A stretch of 64,000 nucleotides of DNA from positions 9,150,874 through 9,214,873 of the forward strand of contig CAJINV010000005.1 of the NCBI GenBank assembly GCA_905178155.1, read 5' to 3'. A program made the position numbers and the translations under genes. The notes beneath the pieces are model-generated. The model was not told the DNA's origin. It made no database searches and saw only the letters and a list, made by a program, of their open reading frames with translations. The stretch comes from Amoebophrya sp. A120. Lineage: Eukaryota; Protista; Dinoflagellata. Positions 50,801 through 60,000 of this stretch are shown piece after piece; position 1 is the first letter of the stretch; every line of letters begins with the position of its first letter.

Positions 50801-51948
50801 CTTCATTCAAATCTAGCGAGGATTTGGTTCGATCCTCGCCCGAAGGTGGCACCCCGCGCAGTGAAGGAAATCAAGAGATGCAGGAGGAGAATCGAACCCG
50901 AGAAGAAGATTTACCTGCTACTGCCAATGGTACTGCTGTTCTTGATCAAGAAAACTTAAACTGCGACAAGAAGAACATCCAGCACCCGACCGCCGCCTAT
51001 CTGCAAAGCCTGCAGAACCGCAAGCGCCCGTTGGATCTGGACAGCTGGCACGAACTACCCAGGAAGTGGTATGAGAACAAGGAGCTGCTGATTTCCCCGA
51101 ACAAATTGAACGACGACTGGGTGTTTCTCTACACGGCAATTAAAATTTGCGCGCTGAAGAAGACTAGTCACGAAAGGGAAATAAAGATAAACAGCATGAC
51201 AAATATTAATTCGCCTAAAGAAACTACGCCGCCAAAGGAGCTCTACCTGATCTCCAACGATTTGATGCGCGATCACTTCTTCCGCATGCGGCACCACCCC
51301 AGTCTGCTGCAGTGGAGGGACCAACATTTGTGTAAATTCAACGTGTCGGGGAAAGTGCTGGTGTTGCATCACCAGGAGCAAAAACGAACGGGCAGTGCAA
51401 TACAAACGGCTGGTGAATCAAGCGAAATCAAAATACCTGCAGAAGAAGTAGGTGCTGAAACAGTTAGGGAGAAAGACGAGGTTCTCAAAGTTGTAGAGAG
51501 TAAAATCGTTGCGGACTACAGTTCCGCGGTAGTGGAGTTGATTACGCCTAAAAACTGGAGTGCGGAAATACAACGGATTGATAAAGCAACGGCCCAGGAG
51601 GAGGACAAAGACCACCAGCAGGACCACGAGGAGAATAAAACCAGGGACTACGACTGCAACAAGCGCGGCCACTGCTGGTTTTTCCCGTTTCTGCCTTCTT
51701 CACAGGTGACGGTCTCGCAAGACCCGAGACTCCGAGCGGCGAGTAACAATAATGCGGGTGGAAGTAGTTCTTGTGCAGGCGGGCACCTCCAGCAGTCGGG
51801 GGAAAGGCAGAACAAGGAATTTTCTGTGAAGGACTGGAGATGGGTGGTGGCAGAATATGCTGGAGGAGGTGAGAATGAGAAAGGAAATGGAAGCAGTGAT
51901 GTAGAAAGAGCTTCTGCGCGTAAGAATGAGACGCTTGATGGCAACTGA
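47840..51948 (+). CDS. PRORP: Protein-only RNase P (NYN metallonuclease domain) with long low-complexity insertions
   Basis: YDCVLDGANIG..F..QI; PLVILREH; ISPNKLNDDWVFLYTAI; LISNDLMRDHFF; QWRDQH; WSAEIQ..HCWFFP; upstream VKLRTLIPIF resembles the PRORP PPR-region motif. Two TIR introns. Confidence 0.88.
48272..48537. mobile_element. Introner-like element, family J
   Basis: 38-bp TIR TATGACTTGCTCAGATGTTTTTACAATCTCAAACGTTA / TAACGTTTGAGATTGTAAAAACACCTGAGCAGGTTATA; repeat ATGTG/ATGTG. Confidence 0.9.
49111..49319. mobile_element. Introner-like element, family C
   Basis: Family C TIRs; flanks CGAGA/TGAGA. Confidence 0.92.
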
Positions 51949-52239
51949 GTGTCATATGTCTGCTCAAGCCCTGGTCTACAACTTCGCTGAGATTTTTACA
52001 CCCTAATTGAGACTGGCAATGTTTTTACTGCGACTGTGGAATTGCTTTTTGTTTTCGCGAGATATGTGATGAACAAAAAGTGTTGACTACTACTTTTCTG
52101 CATTCGCAGAGATTGAGCTGCCAGCATTGAGTGGCAAGGGTGTTCGCGTCTTTAGTGTTGTTAGTGCTTTTACAAATTTGATAGCAGGATTATCGACCAG
52201 CAATGAAAAATCAAAAGAAGACCAAGCGGGGGCTCTCTT

Positions 52240-53730
52240 CCGAGGCCAGAGCGCGGACAGCAATCCGCTACGGCGATGCTGTTACTGCCGGAACAAGAAA
52301 CGCGGGCGCCGGGCCGAGATGTGGCGGCTGACGAGGTGCGGGGGCTGTGTGCAGGATGGATCCAGATCCGCCCACTGTCGTAGCGCCGGACGGCGGCGCG
52401 GTGGCCAATCTGCCTGGATTTGCACGAGTCAGCGCGCTGCTCGCGGCGTTTCCAGCTGCGGGGCTGCCGACGCCGGCGCACCTTCGATCGTTGCGTGATC
52501 TCGTGATGTCCGGCGGGGCCCCTTGAGAGACGGGGGCGCCAGGTAGGGCAAGAGGGCCCACCGGGCTACCGCGGCCGCCCGCGGGCGCCTCATATTTCCG
52601 AGATTGCCATGCAGATTTATTCCCTTCGAAGCTTCCGCCGCTAGTCTGCCACTTCTCCGGCTACATCTCGCAGCGTTGGGCGACCTCCCTCTGCGCGGCG
52701 GGAACTTGCTCCAGAAGACCAGCGCCCCCCGGCGTTCGCGATATCTGGCGCAGTCGGGGGGCTCGGGCGAAGCCGACCCGCTGTTGAAGAGCGGAGGCCA
52801 AGGGCCGGCCCCCCTCCATCCCGGGCTGGGTGTTCCTGGGCATGCCGTCGCAAGGGCCGGGCGCGGTATTTCGGGAGGCGCTGCGTTTGCCCTCCGACGT
52901 GATGGCGCGCGTTGTGGTTGGCTGTGGCGCCGCCGGCCCCGGTGGCGCGCGGAGCGGGGCCCCGCGCTGTCTGTTTCCCGTGTCTCCGCACCCGGCGGCC
53001 CCTAGCCGGCTCCGCGCGCCCGCCGCGGGGAGAAGGGGGCGCGCGGGGGAAGCCGGGGAAGGCTTGGCGCCCGCCCAATTCCGGGCGAGCAGGCGGCCCG
53101 CGCCTGCTCTCGAAATTTTGAAGACGATTGCGCTCTAGGCTTTGGAAAAAGTTGCAAAGGACCTGGGCCACGGGATCCATGAGGTTATGGCTGTCGCGCT
53201 TTTCCATCACCCCGGGCGGAATTTCATCGATTGGCCCGCACGCAAGCGCTTTGCTCACGAGCGGAGATGCCCGGAGACCGGTACTCACGCGACAAGGAGT
53301 CGAGTTGCAAAGCTACCCGCTCACCCAGTCCCGGCGGGGTTCCGAGAGATTGGCGACATGACGGCGCCGGCGCTGCGCCCTCGGCCGCGTTTCCGGGCCC
53401 GGCCGCGCCCCAGTGCCTGGCTGGCGGCCGCGCGCCCCGCCGGCCCTTTCTGTGTTCGTTGCCACCTGCTGGCCACAAAGGAAGCCGCGGCCGGGCGGCC
53501 GGCCCGGAGCGGGGCCGGGCATATTCAAGCTCGCAGGATTGCGCCGCCAAAGTTGGCGGCGGGCGGCGCGCGTCGAGCGCGGGGCCGGCTGACTGGATGC
53601 GCGCGGCGCCAGTGGCCCGGCCGCCACGGTAAGTGGGCGCGCGCGCCGCGCCGGCGCTGCCCCGTGAAGCCGCGCGCCGTGCATGCCCGTCCGGCGCGGG
53701 ACTCTTCGGCTTTTTTTTTGCGCGTGAGAC
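52240..53730. other. GC-rich intergenic island
   Basis: G/C-rich block upstream of the gene at 54071. Confidence 0.68.
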
Positions 53731-54070
53731 TTAGCTGCCTGGCATGCCAGCTAATTTTTGGACAGGTTGCCCCAGGGCTTCAGACGGATCATGCAGGGCG
53801 GTGCCCTCTGTGGCATAGTGGCTTTTTTTGTATGTTCCTCCCTGCCTGGTGGAGCTGGTGGCAGATTCCGGGGTGAGGTTGCCGACTGAGAGTGACTTTT
53901 GAGAGCATTGCACCGAGGTGAAAATTATAGCAGAGTAGCGAGTGCTAGTCGTGTGAGCCTCGAGCGCGTGAGTGTGGGCAAACAAAAGCAGGCGGCCCGC
54001 CATTCTGATCAGCGAGTGTCAAACCAAAGGGAAAGAGCGCGTCAACCCCTGCGCACGGGGCAAACACAAG

Positions 54071-57000
54071 ATGGCCACAACCAACACCATATCCTATGTA
54101 AGAACGTCTCCATGCAGCTTGTGATGCAAATCTGCATGCTGGAAACATTTCGCATGCGGAGCCCCATGAGAAGTAATTGCCAGTCGTGTTCCGGAATTTG
54201 TCATGCTCCAATCAGCACCATATACTACATCTGTGATGCTGGTTTACTAGCGAAACAGGACCACACTAGCACGAGGTCAAACTTGTCATGCGCAAGATCC
54301 AATGCTTGTTGATTTGTCTAGCAGATTTCCCATCTTCACTATAGCGTGGGGACTTTTTTCCACAGGATACACCAGTTTCGATCTCCTCCCGGGCCTCGGG
54401 ACCATGCCAGGCTTTATCCTGTGCAAAAGTATCGTACTCGTAGTAATCGCAATTATGCAATACAAATCTTTTTCCTAAGGTGAGTCAGCATTACAAATTC
54501 TATTTCTCATGCTGAGGGAATTTGTCATGCGATTTCTACTTAGTACGATACATTTGCAATGCACAGGCTTCGTGAAAGAGCGATACGAGCACCGCCCCGT
54601 GAAGCACAAACTCAATCTATTACGCGCGAAGTGGGATCGGGTTCTGGCGGAGAAGGTAGTATAATTGTGAAATTCGACGGTGGATCACGAACACGGAGTG
54701 TACCTCTTCTGCTGCGTGACAAGAAATGCAAATTACAAAGTTTGCAACCGGGTCAACAGCACCCTCAGTCGTTCTTGTGATTTTTCAATTGCAAATCTCT
54801 CAGTCATCTGCTATCGTATTTATCAGGAGCCGTCAGTCCCGCCGAGTCTGGTTCACAGCAAGTACAAATCCGCGGGTCTGACCGACTATTCTCTGCAACA
54901 GTATCGTACTCGTATTGCAGTCCTGCATTACAAATTTGTTTGTGAAGGTAAACTCGCATTACAAATTTCATTTCATCTCATGCGGAGGAAATTTGTAGTG
55001 CATTTATACGAGTGCGATACTTTTGCAATGCATACCGACGACAATGCCGGGGAGTTCAGTCCTGCGAAGATGCGCGCGTCCTTGAAATATGCATTGCAAA
55101 TATGTCTGGGTCTGGAAGAATGCAGGAGTTTGTCATGCAGATTTTGCATGACCCATGAGGTCGGTGATGCATGCCCTAGCATCGGAGACTTTGCGAGGGC
55201 TTTCTCATGCTCGTACCGTATGAGAAATGCCCTCTCCGCGTAGCAAAAATGACACCACTTTTGCTGTTCATGCAATACAGACTTTATGTAGAGTTCAGAG
55301 GTAGCATCACAAGTTGCATCCTTCCAGACCCAGAGACTTTTGCATTTGATATGAAAATGCAGGACAGCCGGAACAAGGTCATTTTGCCCGGGAATCTAGT
55401 TTTACCGGTGCAAAAACAGGATACAGCGAAATTCTATTTCCACGGAGCTGCGAGTGCGAGTGCGACGACTCGTCCGACCGCCCTGTCTGACGGAATGCTG
55501 CTGTCGTCGTTCCAACACGGAGGTGGACAGATGAATCCGCACGACGACTATTATCCACCAGCCTCCGGCGGAACAAGCTTTCAGTCCTCTACGGGGATGA
55601 AAAAGACCACGAGCGTGAACAAATTCGAGAACAAATTCGATTACGACAAAAACGTCGATTTAAACCGACGGGCCTCGCTCCCGACCTACCACAGAGGTGG
55701 TGGTAGTGACGGGCTGATGAAAATAAAAAACACCAGACCCGCAGCGCATCTTCCGCCAAAACCGCTTTTCGGGTCTTCCTCCTCCTCTTCCTCGTCGAAC
55801 CTAAAAAGAACTTCTTCGCCGAAGAACGTGGTAAAGACAGCTTCTGGAACAACTACATCTGCACCAGGCATGACAGCCAGTCCGCTCCTGTTTACTATTC
55901 CAAATGCCGCTTCCGCCTCGCCCGGGAGCCCCGTGAGAACGTCAAGACAAATGAATTACACAAACACCCGGATGAACTACAACTACGGCTCTACAACTGT
56001 CTCCGATTTCTCCGCGAAGATCCACTCCGAGTATCAGTCTTTGATGAAGTCTATCAAATGTAAAAATATCTGGGTCTGGAAAAATGGAACTTGTGATGCT
56101 AACTTTGGACTCTAAAAAAATCTGTATTGCATGACCAGCAAGAGGAGCCACATTTGTGCTACGCGAGGAGGGCATTTGTCATGCGGAAATGGCATCAGGA
56201 AGCTTTCCAAAAGTCTGTGATGCTGGGTCATGCATTACAAGCACCATGGGTCATGCCAGACAAGCATGATAAGCCTTGCGGCGCATATCCTTGCGGGAAC
56301 GTATTGAGCCCTTCAAGTATATTCGCCCTACTTTTGCATGCGCGGCGTGGGGGTTTGGATTTATTGTCGGTCTGCCATTTGCTCTCATTCGGTCGTGGGG
56401 CCTCACAGAAAGATATAGAAATCGTGCTCGTGCTGGGCGGGGAAAAATTGCATATGGGGCAGTAGATGTAGTTGTAGTCTGCATAGATCGTCATTGTGAC
56501 TATTTCCCTTCTAGTTTCCTCACAAACCCTGGTAGATTTTTATGTAGAATTACTTATGCAGAAGTACACTCGGAAGAATGGCGCACCGCAGAGAGAGCAG
56601 GCGAGAGAGCGGACGAGCGAGCGGCATGCGCGAGCAGCATGAGCGAGCAGCATGAGCGAGCGGCGCCGCGGCAGCGCCCGCGAAGCGAAAGCCTACGGGG
56701 CCCGGCCCAGAAGCAAAAAAGAACAAACCCGCGGGGGCCTCATGCCACTCATCCTCGGCAAGCCGGAAGGCCGCAGCCCCGGCAGTAGCAACAGTGGCGG
56801 CAGTAGTAGCAGTGCACTATCTAGATACTAGCTTAAAAGGGTCGTAGCGCAAAGAAAGAGGGGCAGTCCACAGAGGCTTTTTTGCATGGGGTCCACTGGT
56901 CACCGTTTCGCGCGAGCCATTCGGTGGACGACTGACCCCGCCCCATTTAGATAGCCGCTATGCGGGAGCTTTGTAAAAACTGGACTTCGTCCGTCTCCGG

Positions 57001-60000
57001 GTGGCGTGCCCGGGGTTCAGTCTAAATAAATTTGCCCGGGAAAATACCACGCAGCGGAGCAATCAGGCCTACTCGTAGGCCAGTCGGGGTCTACCCTTTC
57101 CCCACGTCGTCACATGTGGTTATTGGGTTCAGTTGGCATGTGTCAGGGGGTTCCTGTCTTTGGCATTTCCCGGCTCCTCCCATGGGTTCACTTCGACGAT
57201 TGCTGCCGGGGACATTCATATGCAGTCAGCCGGATGCCCGTGACCTGGCTCGTACTGCGAATGCAGCTGGATGACTGTGACCTGGCTCGTCTTCGATGGG
57301 CAGGCGGATGACTGTGACCTGTCTCGCCCATCAAGATCCCTAATCCGTAGCTCCTAGATGTTGCCCGGCCCGCGAATGACTCCAGGGCAGCCGGATGGCC
57401 GTGACCTGGTTATAAAGGGCTTCGTCGATCGATTGTGCCACTAGGGCCTTGTGTTCCGGCTACTCCGGATCGCAATCGATGGAGGGCGGGACCTGCACCG
57501 GCGACAGGCGCTATCCAACCAACCAACCAACCAACCAACCAAGCCTTCCACTCTTCCAGACCCAGACATTTTTGCACTTGATAAAGTCGCTGCTGCCCAT
57601 GCGCGCGGCGCTGGCAACCGGGACTCCCTTGGAAGCGGTGTGTACCGCGAGTCCGGTTATCAATTGTAAAAATGTCTGGGTCTGGAAGAATCCAACTTGT
57701 CATGCTGATTTTGGATTCTAAAAAAATCTGCATTGCATGAGCAGCAAAGAGAGTCCAAGTTTCGCTACACGGAAAGAGCATTTGTCATGCGGTATAGGCA
57801 TCAGGAAGCCCTGACAAAATCTGTGATGCTAGGGCCTGCATCACAGACATCAGGAGTCATGCAAAATGAGCATGACAAACCTGGCAATCTTCCAGACCCA
57901 GACATTTTCACATCTGATACCGGTTTTGGTGAGAGCAGCTGGCGGTGTAGTAACGAGCCCAAAGGGGGAGGAAAATCAAGGTGCGGCGGTAGCACCAACA
58001 ACAGCCGCGGGTTTGCAGCAGCAGCTGCACCAGATACAGCAGCAAAACGGAACACTTGTTTCCTCATCATCATCTACTTCGCAGTATCGGGCTTCCAGCA
58101 GCCCGCCGCTGCTGTTTAACCAGAACAGCGGGCCGGCCACCAGCAAGGGAACGATTAGTGGGACGGAACGGGAAGTTGCGACGGGGTTCGGTACAGCGAT
58201 GACGAAGAGCAATTTCAACCTTATTCCCCCCAGCAAAGCAGCATCTTCTGCCGGAACTGATTTCGCAAAATCAAGGCTGCCGTATTGGGAGAGGTTGGTT
58301 AAGAGTCACAGCTCCGGGAATGTGCGGGTAGTTTCAGACGGAAATGAGGACAATTCGCATGGTTTATTTGAAACGATGTTGAAAACAAATAGAGAAAAAG
58401 CGAGTTACAAGAACGTGAACAAACACAACTACCACCATTTGATCTCGCACATCCAAGACGAGGGCATTTTCCGGCCACCGAAACTACAGGGGATTTTGGA
58501 CATCAGCGGGATTTCGCCGGCGTCTGTTCTTGCTGGTGGTGGAGGGCACGGTAGGTTTTTTTGATGCCGTCGGAGGTTTTTCTCTTCGTGGACGACCTTC
58601 AGAACATTTCCGTACTGCTTTATCGGCCCGTGTGGCCGAACGGGTTGGTTGAGTTTTTCGTGGTACGAGGTTTTACCTCCAGCCCTCTAGGGTAAAACCT
58701 TCTTGAAAGGAGGTTTTACCCCAGTACGAAACAGGCTGCTGTGGTGGCTTTTTCGAGGTTTTACCCCTGGGGCAGGTGTAAAACCTCCAGCCCTCTAGGG
58801 TAAAACCTTCTTGAAAGGAGGTTTTACCCCAGTACGAAACAGGCTGCTGTGGTGGCTTTTTCGAGGTTTTACCCCTGGGGCAGGTGTAAAACCTCCAGCC
58901 CTCTAGGGTAAAACCTTCTTGAAAGGAGGTTTTACCCCAGTACGAAACAGGCTGCTGTGGTGGCTTTTTCGAGGTTTTACCCCTGGGGCAGGTGTAAAAC
59001 CTCCAGCCCTCTAGGGTAAAACCTTCTTGAAAGGAGGTTTTACCCCAGTACGAAACAGGCTGCTGTGGTGGCTTTTTCGAGGTTTTACCCCTGGGGCAGG
59101 TGTAAAACCTCCAGCCCTCTAGGGTAAAACCTTCTTGAAAGGAGGTTTTACCCCAGTACGAAACAGGCTGCTGTGGTGGCTTTTTCGAGGTTTTACCCCT
59201 GGGGCAGGTGTAAAACCTCCAGCCCTCTAGGGTAAAACCTTCTTGAAAGGAGGTTTTACCCCAGTACGAAACAGGCTGCTGTGGTGGCTTTTTCGAGGTT
59301 TTACCCCTGGGGCAGGTGTAAAACCTCCAGCCCTCTAGGGTAAAACCTTCTTGAAAGGAGGTTTTACCCCAGTACGAAACAGGCTGCTGTGGTGGCTTTT
59401 TCGAGGTTTTACCCCTGGGGCAGGTGTAAAACCTCCAGCCCTCTAGGGTAAAACCTTCTTGAAAGGAGGTTTTACCCCAGTACGAAACAGGCTGCTGTGG
59501 TGGCTTTTTCGAGGTTTTACCCCTGGGGCAGGTGTAAAACCTCCAGCCCTCTAGGGTAAAACCTTCTTGAAAGGAGGTTTTACCCCAGTACGAAACAGGC
59601 TGCTGTGGTGGCTTTTTCGAGGTTTTACCCCTGGGGCAGGTGTAAAACCTCCAGCCCTCTAGGGTAAAACCTTCTTGAAAGGAGGTTTTACCCCAGTACG
59701 AAACAGGCTGCTGTGGTGGCTTTTTCGAGGTTTTACCCCTGGGGCAGGTGTAAAACCTCCAGCCCTCTAGGGTAAAACCTTCTTGAAAGGAGGTTTTACC
59801 CCAGTACGAAACAGGCTGCTGTGGTGGCTTTTTCGAGGTTTTACCCCTGGGGCAGGTGTAAAACCTCCAGCCCTCTAGGGTAAAACCTTCTTGAAAGGAG
59901 GTTTTACCCCAGTACGAAACAGGCTGCTGTGGTGGCTTTTTCGAGGTTTTACCCCTGGGGCAGGTGTAAAACCTCCAGCCCTCTAGGGTAAAACCTTCTT

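Noticed and set aside
1-51948. Genes as transposon-disrupted pseudogenes
   Set aside because: Catalytic motifs are intact, I found no stops or frameshifts in the reconstructed exons, and the insertions restore frame by one rule.
9-57919. Recurrent peptides [14 protein letters not shown] and [10 protein letters not shown] as a protein family
   Set aside because: They are translations of the family A TIR.
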